64,000 nt of DNA from Selaginella moellendorffii (lineage: Eukaryota > Plantae > Lycopodiophyta). A program made the position numbers and the translations under genes. This document shows positions 49,506-62,054 of this stretch, one piece after another (position 1 is the stretch's first letter; each line of letters starts with the position of its first letter). The stretch lies in NCBI RefSeq assembly GCF_000143415.4, contig NW_003314355.1, forward strand, positions 577,410 to 641,409, written 5' to 3'. A model generated the notes under the pieces. The model was not told where the DNA came from. It did not search any database and saw nothing but the letters and a program-made list of their open reading frames with translations.

Positions 49506-51827
49506 ATGGCGGTGGAAACCGCGTCGCTGAGCGCTGCCGCGGCGGTGCGCTTGCTCCACCAGTGCTCCGCCAGGCGCGACTTAGCGCTGGGAAGATCCAT
49601 CCACCAGATGCTCCTGGCGAAGAACAGGCAGCAAGAATCTGGATTGTCACCGCTCGTCGCCAACACACTGATCGACATGTACGCCAAGTGTGGCAGCGTG
49701 GAGGAAGCGCGATGCGTGCTAGAATCCATGGGGAGCAGCGGCAGCACCATTCCAGACGTGGTGTCGTGGACGAGCCTCATCTGGGGCTACTCGCAGCGCG
49801 GGCAATGGGATCAAGCGATGGCGCTACTGGGAAGAATGCAGCAAGAGGGAGTAGCGCCCAATAGCTTCACGTTTGGATCCATCCTCAAGGCGTGCAAGGA
49901 TGTGGAAGCCGGGGCTCGGATCCATCGCTTCCTCCTCCAAGTCCGCCATGGCCAGATCCTCTACCACGACGTTTACGTTGCCACAGCGCTAGTGGGCATG
50001 TATGGCTCTTGCGGCCATAGCGCCGCGGCTCGCGAGGTGTTTGACGCCATTCCCAGCGCCACCAAGAACATCGTCACTTGGAGCGCCATGCTGGGTACGT
50101 ATGCCAGTGCTGCTACTGGCGATCATCCTGGAGGAGATCACTCACTTCCTTCTTCCTTCCCTTCTTCTTGCAGCAATGCTAGCGTGTGGAGGCAACAGGG
50201 AATGGAGCTCTTTTGGAGCTTCCTCAACGATGGAAGCCTGAGAGTGGACAAGGTAGTGTTTATCACTGTTCTTGGTCTTTGCAGTAACTTGACGCAAGGA
50301 TGTTTCTGCCATAGCTGCGCTCTGGAAGCTGGATTTGCTGCTGATCCTGCCGTGTGCCATGCTCTCATTGTCACGTATGGGAGATGCGGTAGCTCTCCTC
50401 TCGCACGCCAAGTTTTCTCCGAGATGGTACGTAAAGATGTTGTCTCTTGGACTTCGATGATCAAGGCAGCGGACGCTGACGAGTGCTTGCTGCTCTTCAG
50501 GCAAATGCTGCTCGAGGGAGTGGCTCCGAACGAGCTCACGCTTGCGGAGGCTTTGCATTCGTGCTCGCTCGCTCCCGACCTCCCCGCCACCTTTGCTCTC
50601 GGCCAATGCGTCCACGCGTGTGCCAGGGAGCTCGGCTACGAGACCGACGTCGTGGTTGGAACTTCGCTGATCAACATGTACGCCAAGTGCGCCGCTCTGC
50701 CTCAAGCCGAGGCCATCTTCCATCTCCTGGCGACGAACGCTCGAACGAACTGCGTGTGCTGGACGGCGATGATTACCGCAAATGCCAAGGCAGGGGAATG
50801 GAAGCAGGCCATCCGACTCTACAGGCAAATGCAGCTGCAAGGCATCGCTCCCAACAGGGTTTCCTTCATTGCAGCTCTCTCGGCGTGCTCCACGCCCGAG
50901 TTTCTGGCCACCGGGAAGCTTGTCCACTCTTGCACTGTGGAGCGGGGGCTGGAGAGTGACACAATGGTGGCGAACGCAGTCGTGAGCATGTATGGCAAGT
51001 GTGGAAGCACAGAGGACGCGAGGAAGATGTTTGACGGGATGAAAAGGCGCGACAGTGTCACTTGGAGTGCAATGCTTGCGGCCATCGCGCTGGCCGGGGA
51101 GCTAGATAGCCGCGCAAGAAACGAGCAAGCTTTGCTTCTCTTCGCAAGCATGCAGCTCGAAGGGGTGAAACCAACAAAGGTGACGCTTGTTTCGCTTCTA
51201 AACTGCTGCTCTGACTTGGCTGCTGGCAGGATGATCCATTCCCGCGTGCTTCTCGATCGCCGGCCCGACGGAGGCGAGCTGGAGGTTGCGCTGTGGAACG
51301 CCGTCGTTAACATGTACGCGAGATGTGGATCACTGGACAGCGCTGCTCGCGAGTTCCATGGAGCACAGGCAAGAGATTTCATTTCCTGGAACGGGATGAT
51401 CACCGCGAGCGCACAGCACTCGCGCTGGAGTGACGCGGTGGCTTACTTCCAAGAGATGCAACAGGAGGGCGTGGATCCGGACGAGGTGACAATGGTAACT
51501 CTGCTCTTCGCGTGCAACCATGCCGGATTTGTGGAGCAGGGCTGCAACTACTTTGCGTCGATGAGCAAGGACTATGGGCTGAGCCCGCGACTTGAGCACA
51601 GCGCTTGCGTGCTCGACATGCTGGGACGATCGGGGCATGTCGAAGTCGCGCAGGAGATGTTGAAAGACTCGGCTTGCAGCGATCCTGTGCTGTGGACATC
51701 GCTGCTTGGATCTTGCAGAGTTCATGGCGATTTGGAGCGCGCAAGAGCGGCGTCCGGCCAAATTCTCGATGTCAATCCCGCGAGTTCTTCCGCTTATGTG
51801 GTCTTGTATCAAGCTCAAACCGTGTAA
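49506..51827 (+). CDS. PLS-class pentatricopeptide repeat protein with E-domain start (organellar RNA-editing factor type)
   Basis: Intronless ORF with repeated LIDMYAKCG / DVVSWT / GVAPN motifs; C-terminal LEHSACVLDMLGRSG..WTSLLGSCRVHGD..SAYVVL. Confidence 0.9.
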   Translation: MAVETASLSAAAAVRLLHQCSARRDLALGRSIHQMLLAKNRQQESGLSPLVANTLIDMYAKCGSVEEARCVLESMGSSGSTIPDVVSWTSLIWGYSQRGQWDQAMALLGRMQQEGVAPNSFTFGSILKACKDVEAGARIHRFLLQVRHGQILYHDVYVATALVGMYGSCGHSAAAREVFDAIPSATKNIVTWSAMLGTYASAATGDHPGGDHSLPSSFPSSCSNASVWRQQGMELFWSFLNDGSLRVDKVVFITVLGLCSNLTQGCFCHSCALEAGFAADPAVCHALIVTYGRCGSSPLARQVFSEMVRKDVVSWTSMIKAADADECLLLFRQMLLEGVAPNELTLAEALHSCSLAPDLPATFALGQCVHACARELGYETDVVVGTSLINMYAKCAALPQAEAIFHLLATNARTNCVCWTAMITANAKAGEWKQAIRLYRQMQLQGIAPNRVSFIAALSACSTPEFLATGKLVHSCTVERGLESDTMVANAVVSMYGKCGSTEDARKMFDGMKRRDSVTWSAMLAAIALAGELDSRARNEQALLLFASMQLEGVKPTKVTLVSLLNCCSDLAAGRMIHSRVLLDRRPDGGELEVALWNAVVNMYARCGSLDSAAREFHGAQARDFISWNGMITASAQHSRWSDAVAYFQEMQQEGVDPDEVTMVTLLFACNHAGFVEQGCNYFASMSKDYGLSPRLEHSACVLDMLGRSGHVEVAQEMLKDSACSDPVLWTSLLGSCRVHGDLERARAASGQILDVNPASSSAYVVLYQAQTV

Positions 51828-51908
51828 AAATGCAAGCTCGTTTAGGGCAAAAACTCATTTTTAAATTTCGGCCGTCGGATCAATCCGACGGTTGTAAGGT
51901 ATAGATGC

Positions 51909-51937
51909 TGGGTTTCTAGGTTTAGGTTTAGGGTTTG
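51909..51937 (+). promoter_or_regulatory. Telo-box cluster upstream of RPS14
   Basis: GGGTTT..TAGGTTTAGGTTTAGGGTTT ~30 bp before the ATG; telo-boxes also at ~8510, ~10767 and ~49348. Confidence 0.65.
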
Positions 51938-51962
51938 GCGGGGAGCTCGGGCGGCAGCAACC

Positions 51963-52736
51963 ATGGTGAGCGATCGGCGCGAGAGAGCTTGGCGATGATG
52001 CTAATGGGTGTGTGATCTTGGCAGTCGGGCAAGAAGAGGACCAAGGAGGTGAAAGAGGAGAATGTGACCCTGGGACCGTCGGTGCGCGATGGCGAGCAAG
52101 TCTTCGGCGTGGCGCACATCTTCGCCTCCTTCAATGACACCTTTGTGGTGAGGGTTTTGTGGAATCTCTGTTTGCAAGAAACCGCTGAAATCTTTCTTCT
52201 TTCGTTACTACTAGCACGTCACCGATCTCTCTGGGAAAGAAACGCTCGCCCGAGTCACAGGTACCAGTGCCTTTCCGAGATCCAAGTGATTGATGGCCTT
52301 CGTTTTTCTAGGTGGCATGAAGGTGAAAGCCGACAGGGACGAAGCCTCTCCCTACGCTGCCATGCTCGCAGCCCAGGACGTCGCTGCCAAATGCAAAGTG
52401 AGAGAGCTTTCTTCTCGAATCATGTTTTCTTTTCCTTTGTTTTGCGTTCTAACTTGGTGAGCTCGATGTTCCAGGACTTGGGAATCAATGCGCTCCACAT
52501 CAAGCTACGGGCCACCGGCGGTAACAAAACAAAACAGCCCGGACCCGGCGCACAGTCTGCTCTGCGCGCTCTTGCTCGTTCCGGCATGAAGATCGGCCGA
52601 ATCGGTACGTGAAAAGAACAAAATTCTCTTGTCACCGGACTGGTACTAAGTTGGATTCAATCTTCCAGAGGATGTGACTCCGATTCCAACTGACAGCACG
52701 AGGAGGAAGGGTGGTCGTAGGGGTCGCCGTTTGTAA
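51963..52736 (+). CDS. RPS14: Cytosolic 40S ribosomal protein S14 (uS11)
   Basis: [61 protein letters not shown]. Confidence 0.95.
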
Positions 52737-53370
52737 GGAGCGACTTGATCTCTGTTCTGTTTTTCCAGCTCTGAAGAGTATCTAAAAACTCGTTGAGGTG
52801 TCTATTTGGAAAAGTTCTCCTTGCTGCTTGCCTCGCATCTCAACTTCCATTTTCCCTTCTCATACTTCGCAGGATATAAAATTGTTGGTTTGTCTCCGAT
52901 CATAAAATCGTATGCATAATCCAGAATCTGTTGGCCATGATTCCAAAACTAGGCTAAAACATACAAGGGAAATGAATCATATTCAGGGTTGTGGTCGTAA
53001 GTATTCAGAAAGAGGAAGAGGTGTATCCTTTTGAGATCAAGATCCAAGTGATAAACCCTAGGTAGATAAGCCATGATCGGACGGTCACTGGCTCAAATAG
53101 TATATATATAGATGCCTCTTCAGCGGGGCTTTGCCACCAAAGATCATCGTGATCCAGAGTCCCTTTCCCTAGGTAGAAGAGCCGCCCAGGATGGACGCTC
53201 AGGGCGATGAGATCATGGGCCAGAAGAACAGGATTCCGGAGCAACGTGTCCGACGAGAGCGCTGCCAGCACCATGAGTGACACGGATGTGAGCAATGCTG
53301 ATGCTACATTGCATCTCAAGGCCCCCAATTCGGCAGATCTTAGTGGCGGTGCTGCTGTTAGTTCTCGACA

Positions 53371-53890
53371 TACTCTGTTTCCCCTAACCACCACTTTATC
53401 ATTTTCTCCATGTAAATATATAGAAGTCTTGTGTCAACGTCCACATGAATCTCTTGCCTTGGATTAGACTCCAGTCTGTCTATCTACACTCCCACTCAGC
53501 TGTGAGAGTGTATAACGCGCATATCTTCACGATGTTTGAAACTTGTCTTTGCTCAAAGCTTTTGTCATAATGTCTGCTGTCATCTGCTTTGTTGAAACAT
53601 ATCTTTGTTGAAACAGGCTAGAACCTGCTCTCAAATAAAATGTACCTTTATCTCGAAGCGTTTGGTGCAGCCATGGAACTTAGGATTCTTCGACAACTCA
53701 AGCACACTTCGATTGTCACAAAACAAAGTCACTGGCTGCTACACTGGAACACCAATCTGCTCCAGAAAATCTTTCATCCACTTCGCTTCTTGAGCTGCTG
53801 TTGTTGCATCGGCCTCAGTGGATGAAAGTGCCGTGATTGCTTGTCGCTTGCTGCTCCAGCTGACAAGTCCACCTTCCAGGAAGAAAAGAT
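53371..53890 (-). mobile_element. Ty1/Copia 3' end (RNase H, PPT, ~118-bp LTR)
   Basis: VSWSSKRQ..LSSTEA, FCDNRS..NPKFH, ADIMTKAL; PPT TGAGTGGGAG 53489-53498; LTR 53371-53488. Confidence 0.85.
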
Positions 53891-56880
53891 TGTAGATAGC
53901 CAGCCTAGAGTCTAATCCAAGGTGGCAAGAGATTCATCTGGACGCTGAAATGAGTGGACACAAGACTTGTATATACTTACATGGAGAAAATGACAAAGTG
54001 GTCGTTCGGGAAATAGAGTATTAGGTATCGGAGCAAACGATGATCTCATGGGCAAAACAAGACCACCCAGCGAGCACCAAGGCTACGCGACTCTAGATCG
54101 CATGACCGCTCGACTGCAGCAGCAAAAGAGGAAGGGAAAAATCCGTGCTGTAGAAAAGTTCATTCAAGATCAGGGTTGGAGCAAAGCATCACCGATCCCT
54201 CTCTTTACAGGCACAGATTTTGAGAATTGGGCGAAAGTGATTTCATTCCTCTTTCTCCGGGACAACTGTCTTCGAGTTGTCCAGGGGACAGAGCTTAAGC
54301 GACGAAGACGAATGGCAGGTCAGAAATGATAAGGCAGTCTCCACCATGGGGATTGGCTTGGGAAAATTGCACCACCACCACCTGGATATCACGAAGACTG
54401 CAGAAGAGAACTAGACAGCCTTTTGGGGAACCAAGTAGAGATTTCAAAGGTTGAGTTAAAATCTAAACTTTTTGGCTTAAAAATGGCAGCAGCAGCTTTT
54501 CTAGGAAGGCTGAAGTCGGTGCTCTCCCAGCTGTCAAGTCTAGGTGAAGCAGTCACCGAGAATGGTAAGCAAGCAGTTCTTCTCAATGCTTTGGTTCGCC
54601 CAGAATTCAAATCATTGAAGAGTATGCTCAAGAACTCAATGAAAACCTTCATTGAAATGCAAGCAGCTCTTATCAATGAAAAAAACCAGCTGAAGACCAG
54701 ACACCCACAGATACAACCACAACCACAGCTTTGTTTGTCAACTCAAAGCAAACAAAGAATTCTCCAGGTAGAGGAGGCAGTGCTAGCAGTTTCAAGGCTG
54801 GTGCGAGCAACAGTGCGAGCAGTTTCAGGGCTAGCAATGTTGGAGACAGTAACTCACACGAGCGTAAAGGTGAGTGCAATTATTGTAAGCGGGTTGGATA
54901 TTACGCCAGAGAATGCCGAGATAGGTTAGTAGGGTGTCCTCGATGATTGGGGGGAAAGAACGCCAAGACTGGCTATATAAACCAGTCAAGAGCTCTCATG
55001 GTAAGAGCTATTCCAGAACCTGTGTTTGTTCAGCAGCAGGATCAAGACGTAATCTGGCTGGACATAGCAGCAAATATGCACATGACAGGCAAGCGAGAAG
55101 CTTTCCTGAACCTCAGGAAAATTTCTATGGGCAGGCAGGTTGGTTTAGGAGACAAGAGTCTTCTTTCAGTTGTAGCAGTGGGTACAGTTCAAGTAAAGCT
55201 GGCCTCAGGAGACCTACGACAGATCAGGAACATGTATTTTGTTCCAGGCTTGGCGTATCATCTTTTCTCAATCGGTGCAGCTTCTGACAACGGTTTTTAT
55301 TTTATTTTTAACGCCAAGCAGGCTATTATGCGAGACGAGAAGACAGATCAAGCAGTGGCTTATGGACAACGCTATTCTGGACTTTATAAACTCAACGCCA
55401 CCATGGTTGTTCCAGACAAGCAGTCAGATCGAGCACTCTCAACTCAAGCGAGTAATCTCCAGTTGTGGCATGAGCGTCTAGGCCATGTGCATGAAGACGC
55501 CCTCAAAGCAGTGTCCAGAGATCAAGCACGTGCACAAGAATTCGAGTTTACAGGCAAGCTTGAATTTTGTGAGGCTTGTGTGCTAAAACTTTATTCTAAG
55601 TAACAACATGTGGCACGCACATCATTTCCAAAGTTTTCAGAATCCAAGAGCAGTCAGCCTCTTGAGCTCGTTCACACAGATGTGTGTGGGCCTCTCCATG
55701 TCCAAAGTCATTGTGGAATGAGGTATTTTTTGACATTCATTGATGACTTCTCACGCTACACAGTCGTGAGACTTTTGCCCAAGAAATCTGAAGTTCTTGA
55801 TCTGGCAAGCAGCTCAAGACTTTACGCAATGACAGAGGTCGCAAGTACAAGTCACGAACTTTTATGAAGCTGTGCAATGAGAGCAGTATCCAGCAGCAGT
55901 TTACAGCTCCAGATAGTCCTGCTCAAAATGGAGTTGCTGAAAGAATGAACCGGACTCTTATGGAGAGGAGAGTGCACATAGTATGCTTATTCACGCATAT
56001 CGTTCTGGGCTGAGGCGATTAATACAGCCACATATATTCGCAATCGAGTGCCTACCCAGCCTCTTGCAGACGTCTTTGGACCGGGAAGCAAGTCAGCTTG
56101 AGACATCTACGAGTTTTTAGATAAAAGTTTCTAACAGTCATTGCAGAAAATTGGAGCCGAAGAGCATTCCTTGCATCATGGTTGGCTATTGTCTCGAGAC
56201 ATCGTCTTTACAACATGGCCACCAGATCAATTCTTATCAGCAGAGATGTCAAGTTTGATGAGAAATCTCTTTACAAGCTCCTGAGACTCCATTGATGAAG
56301 AGGACGTTTCTAAGGCATCTGGGCCGCAGCAGTCCACGGCCAGCAGCAGCTGCGAGCTCAGCAGCCTCAGCCTCAGCAGCAGGTCGAAGCAGAGCAGCAG
56401 CCTCCACTCGAGCCCAGTCCTGTCACACTCGAGCAAGAAGATGAAGCAGTTATGCCATTTGATGACGGCTTCATTTCTCCAGGTTTGTTTGATGAACCAG
56501 AGGAGGAGTCTCCACTAGGGCAGCCACAAGCAGATGGCTGCAAGATCTCAGCAAGAAGTCGATCCAATTATTCCTGGGAAACCTTATCAAACTGTCACAC
56601 GCAGTGGGGGAGTTAGCTATTTATTGCAAGCAACTCACGATGCTCAAAACTCTGACCTCAAATTGCTATCGATGATGGAGCAGCTTCCTCCTGATCCACG
56701 CACAGTTTGTGCAACTCTCCAATCACACCATGGAAGGCTGCTATGCAAGAGGAGTACAACTCTTTAATATGTAACAGCGTTTGGGAGTTTGTTTCTCTCC
56801 CACCAGGTAGGAAAATTGCCAATACCAAGTGGCTATTCAAGTGCAAATTGGATGCCACTGGAGCAGTGACTTGACATCGA
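53891..56880 (+). mobile_element. Decayed Ty1/Copia element (5' LTR, PBS, gag, PR, integrase, start of RT), same family
   Basis: LTR 53891-54020, PBS-like GGTATCGGAGC, CNYCK..YARECR, WLD..NMHMT, WHERLGH, LELVHTDVCGP, QNGVAERMNRTL, WKAAMQEEY..KWLFK. Confidence 0.88.
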
Positions 56881-56914
56881 GCTCACTTTGTTATATATCA
56901 CAGGATTCTACTCT

Positions 56915-57275
56915 TCCTACATAGCAGCCTTCCACTTTTGGTGATTAGAGAGTTGCATAAACTGTGCATGGTTCAAGAGGAAGCTACTCCATCACTGACA
57001 GCAATTTGAGGCAAGAGTCTTGAGCATCATAAGCTGCTAGCAATAAATAGCTAACTCACCCACTGCGTGTCATAGTCTGATAAGGTTAATTGGATTGGTT
57101 TCTTGCTGAGATCTTGCAACGATGGGAGTACTAGGCTCTACTTACAGCTGCTCTAGTGAAGACTCCTCCTCTAGTTCATCAAACAAACCTGGAAAAATGA
57201 AGCTGTCATCAAATGGTGTAACTGCTTCAACAAGACTGCTTGAGTGGAGGCTGCAGCTCTACTTCGACCTTCTAC
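56915..57275 (-). mobile_element. Copia integrase-RT linker remnant in opposite orientation
   Basis: Reverse complement of ~56375-56745 with deletions. Confidence 0.8.
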
Positions 57276-57789
57276 TGAGCAGAACTTTCCCCAGTTTGTG
57301 CCCGCTGTGTCGATCGCCAGAATTGCTGGGCATTGCGAGAGGAGGAGGAGCCGTGGATGAGGGCGATTTCATATGCAACTACAACGAGCTTGCAGCACAA
57401 TTGTGAGAGGCAATCCAGGCCGAGGAGTACCAGCTGCAATCGTGGCGATGTGGCTCGAGCCTGAAGAATATACTTAAATGCTTGCAATGCCCATTTGCTG
57501 CAAATGCAAACTTTAACTTTCATTCATATTGTTTTGTTCTCAAATAGCACCTTTTTTGGGAGTTTTTTCATTGTTGAGCATGCCATCTTTTTTGTTGATG
57601 TGTAATGATTTGAGCTGTTTGGAAAACAGCTTAACTTGATCCACCATTTGCTTAACCTCGCCAATACTCCTTCCTGAGTCCTTTGGAATTCTATGTATCT
57701 GAGACTCCAACAAACTAGAACTCTCCCTCTCTAGAAATAAACACTTCAGTTAGTAAATAGATCAGAAATAACCTTTGTTCGTCATAGAG

Positions 57790-58250
57790 TTAGCATGCAC
57801 ATCATTTCCAAAGTTTTCAGAATCCAAGAGCAGTCAGCCTCTTGAGCTCGTTCACACAGATGTGTGTGGGCCTCTCCATGTCCAAAGTCATTGTGGAATG
57901 AGGTATTTTCTGACATTCATCGATGACTACTCACGCTACACAGTCGTGAGACTTCTGGCCAAGAAATCAAGCTTATGCAAAAGTTTCTAATAGTTGTCAC
58001 AGAAAATTGGAGCCGAAGAGCATTCCTTGCATCATGGTTGGCTATTGTCTCAAGACAAAAGCTTATCATCTTTACAACATGGCCACCAAATCAATTCTTA
58101 TCAGCAGAGATGTCAAGTTTGATGAGAATTCTCTTTACCAAGCATCGTTATAAAAATCCTGAGACTCCATCTTACGCTTTATTTTATGATGACGTTTCTA
58201 GCCGCAAGTGCATGGCCAGCAGCAGCCGTGAGTTCAGCAGCTTCAGCCGC
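57790..58250 (+). mobile_element. Second Copia integrase fragment with internal deletion
   Basis: Near-identical to 55612-55790 joined to ~56120-56370. Confidence 0.85.
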
Positions 58251-58690
58251 ACATCGACGTGCTGCGAGTAGCAAGGCCTGCAAAATCGATGCGAACAATC
58301 GGTTCGAACGAGACGATCCCAAGGAATAACGCTCAAGCAAATCGGGCATTCAAAAGAGGAAGAATCGCTGCCAGTCAACGACGACGATGCGGGACTGGCG
58401 CTCTCGAGATCGTCATTGATAGCTCGCATTGCCTGATTACCATGATCAGCGATGTGAATCAACGAGGAATTACGGCCGGTAGAGATTTCCAGGGCCTGGA
58501 AGCCGAGGAGGAATCGGCTGCAGCGATCGCAAAAATTCGAGCTTCGAGGGTCCTGCGCTCCAATCGCCACGGTCTGATTGATCGTGTACACGCCAGACAG
58601 CGCCGGCGACGGGGAATCCTGCCTCCTCCTCTCAAGCTTCGCGATCAACTCATTGCGATCGCCTGGAACACCTGTAGGGCACACATAAGC
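58250..58690 (-). pseudogene. RING-finger (RBR RING1-like) gene fragment cut by the Copia fragment
   Basis: ECPICLSVIPWDRLVRTDCSHRFCRPCYSQHV abuts Copia sequence. Confidence 0.55.
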
Positions 58691-59029
58691 GACACAAGTC
58701 TGTATTCCCGAATCAGGTTAAAATGTAGGGTCAAGATCGATCCGTGTGATCGTAGATTCCGAAAGCGAGGAGGAGAATAATGAGGACAGGCGAAGATATC
58801 GCCCGTCGAGGAGGATCAGTGTTTGTTACCTTCGGTTAGATCGCACTGCAAGAACTCGACGGAGTGACAGCGGTGAGGATTACTCGCTGGTACTATGGTG
58901 TATAACTCCAAAGTCCACACCTCACCTCATACAATCTGGGGATGTTTAAGTTGCTAGCATCGAAGATGAAGCCACTGCAAATTTCTTCCGGGAGAGCTGC
59001 CACTCGGGACGATGATTTTGCTGCTAAAT

Positions 59030-59680
59030 TTGCATTTGCAACTTGGAGGCAGAGAGGTGGACGCCTTGGCGAGAATGCGGTGAGCACAGATCTGGGAGGG
59101 GGAAGGCGCATCCACGAGGAAAATCGTCTCCAGCGGCCTCGAGCTTCCTTGCTAATCTGGTCATGGAAATGTCTGGAAAGTGTGGGCACTGGGATCAAGA
59201 TTCTTTCTCGTGGAACATTGCGATCGCGGCATTTGCCCGTTGCCTTGGCACTCTTTTTCTCGATGGCGAGCATCCAATTATTTCTCTTGGCAGCTATCAA
59301 TGCCGATCCGGTGGACATCCACACGCTAGTCGTCGCTGCTGGGGCCTGGATCACTTGTGCCAGCCAAGAGCACATTCGAGCCTCATTCGGCTTCCAATTG
59401 AGGCACTCGGTTGCAGCTCGGACACTGGCATCGAGAAGAATCGTTGGAGCTACACTAGCCTTGGACTCTTCCCCACTCCTTCATTCTCAAGCGCTGAAAT
59501 TTGGCTCGACGCTAGGAACTCCGCCTCGTCTAGCTTCTCAAGCATCTTAAGTGCTCCATGATCGCGGAGATGCTGTAGTCTTAGCTCTTGGCTTTGCCCA
59601 TCATCCCGAGATCTCTCACCAGGCACGGTAGCTTGCAAGATGCAAAGGCGAAGAACAAGCGCGGTTGCCCATTCATACAA
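59030..59680. pseudogene. PPR gene fragments
   Basis: DLGGGRRIHEE, FLANLVMEMSGKCG, DSFSWNIAIAAFAR in shifting frames. Confidence 0.65.
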
Positions 59681-61436
59681 AAAAATTTGATTAGGTCTCT
59701 GGCTGTGGATTCGAACCCGTGACGTTGCCAATATGTTTCTTTATTCTAGCCAGATATCCGGCCATCAGGTTCCCGTCCAAATTGGACACTAATTGCCTCT
59801 TAACGTATATCTTATCTTCACCATAATGTAAACAACGGCGCAAGCTCTCGCTCATTTCTTGTTTTGTGGCCGCAAATTCTTCGGCTTGTGGGAATGTTTT
59901 ATAAGGCTCTCATCCTTTCTGCGGCTGTCAAAGAAACCAGATTTCACCACTAAGTTTGGAAGAATCCCTGGGATGGACAAGGCAAGCTACCTTTTCTTCT
60001 TTTGAGAAACAGTGCTGCAACAGAAATCGGCTTGTTTGAGCATTGAAGTTTAAATTGATCCAGGCACGCTCTTGATCAGCAGCAAAGTTAAGAGCCCAAG
60101 GCTGGAGGTACTTCTCTGTTCTTTCAAATCCTGGGAGCTTGAGATTTCATCAAGGTCCAAGTTTGATGCTTGTTCCTAGCAGCAACAAGACCAAAGATTT
60201 TTAAAACTCCAACACCCACAAGGTTTAGTGTGTGAAGAAGAAGGGGCAATGCATGGAAAATACTCAAGACCAGGAGGTGGCTGTCCTTCACAAGAGTGTT
60301 TAGAGCAAAAAAGGGCGAAAGAAGAACTGTGGAGCAGCAATGCTTGTGAGTGCTTGCGAGCCTAGTTTGAAGATTGAGCCAGACCGGATCCCCAGACAAG
60401 TCATCGAGAAGAGAGTCGATCAGCTCGACTCACATAGCTACATTCTTGCACAAGAGCCCCCGCCGGGAGCAGCGGATCGTCATCGAGGCACCATGTAGTC
60501 AATGGCAATGGCAGTGGTTTTCCATGGCATGATTTCTAGGCAGGGGCAAGCGCATCCACCAGGAATATCGTCTCCAGCGGCATGCGCATCCGACAGCTAT
60601 CAATGTCGATCAGGCGGAGATCCATGCACTCGTCTCGTCGCTGCATCACCCTGCGCAAACCTTGCACGTATGTTTGTTTATTCTATTTTTATTATTTCAG
60701 CCCTCTTGCTTCGCAAACACGAGATGAGATTTTTGTGTATCTAGAAAATATAGGGAAGACCCCTGGCTTTATGTCCGCTTGGCCTTGGATCCGGATCCAC
60801 TCAGCTTCAAATGGCCGATCAAGGTAAGAAACTTTGTTCACCTTTGGACATTGTACAGGTCCTCGTGCTTCCATCAGCTGCCAGACCCAGCTGCTAATTG
60901 ATCTATTAGCAGTTTGCCACCATTCTCAAAGAATAAACTAGAATATTCGAATTCTACAGTTCGCAAATTCTGGATTTAAGCAGCATCCTATCACATCCGA
61001 CTCATGTCACCAGTAAACACGTCCCGTTGCTCAAGTGCTGTTTTAGTCCCTAAAATCCCACATTAAAAGCATACTCTCAGAAAAACTAATGAAATTACAA
61101 AAATGGGCCATCTGCCACTTAAATGACTCCACTATAAAACTTGAAACCATCTATTATGTTCTATAGTATGCAAAACTGTTATAGAGCACTCTACCACCAA
61201 CTTGCCTCCAATGCTAAAATAATGCCCAATTGCAATGTGACTCTAATTTGTAAATCCAAGCAAGGTGTGAACATTCTCCAGGAGTGTGCTATCTTGCCTC
61301 TTACACGGGACAAATGCACTAACCCATTTTCAAAAGAGTCTTAGCTCTATTTGTGTGCTGCTGGAGCAAATCAAATATATATCTTCCCTTCCACAAAATT
61401 TAATTGCATGACTACAGTGGAGATGCACTTTAAGTT

Positions 61437-62054
61437 AACACTTTTTAATGATCTGTTTGTTTAAGTCTGTAAGAATGGATTCCATTGACTACAAGTTTGG
61501 TTTTTCTTCTTTACTATGATCTAGTACCAACTTAACACCCAGAAACTCAACATAGTTAATCTTAGGTGAGATTTTGAGGAGAGCCACTCTCACTAGTAAA
61601 TTGTATAGTGTTAAAAAAGGAAAATAATAAAATGGTACTTAACACTTTTTACTGATCTGTTTGTTTAAGTCTGTAAGAATGGATTCCATTGATTACAAGT
61701 TTGGTTTTGCTTCTTTACTATGATCTAGTACCAACTTAACACCCAGAAACTCAACATAGTTAATCTTAGGTGAGATTTTGAGGAGAGCCACTCTCACTAG
61801 TAAATTGTATAGTGTTAAAAAAAGGAAAATAATAAAATGGTACTTAACACTTTTTACTAATCTGTTTGTTTAAGTCTGTAAGAATGGATTCCATTGATTA
61901 CAAGTTTGGTTTTGCTTCTTTACTATGATCTAGTACCAACTTAACACCCAGAAACTCAACACAGTTAATCTTAGGTGAGATTTTGAGGAGAGCCACTCTC
62001 ACTAGTAAATTGTATAGTGTTAGAAAAAGGAAAATAATAAAATGTTACTTAACA
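61437..62054. repeat. Tandem repeat, 3 x ~204 bp, AT-rich
   Basis: Units start at 61437, 61641 and 61846 and are near-identical. Confidence 0.95.

Noticed and set aside
51909-51937. Interstitial telomere
   Set aside because: Only a few degenerate units; better explained as promoter telo-boxes
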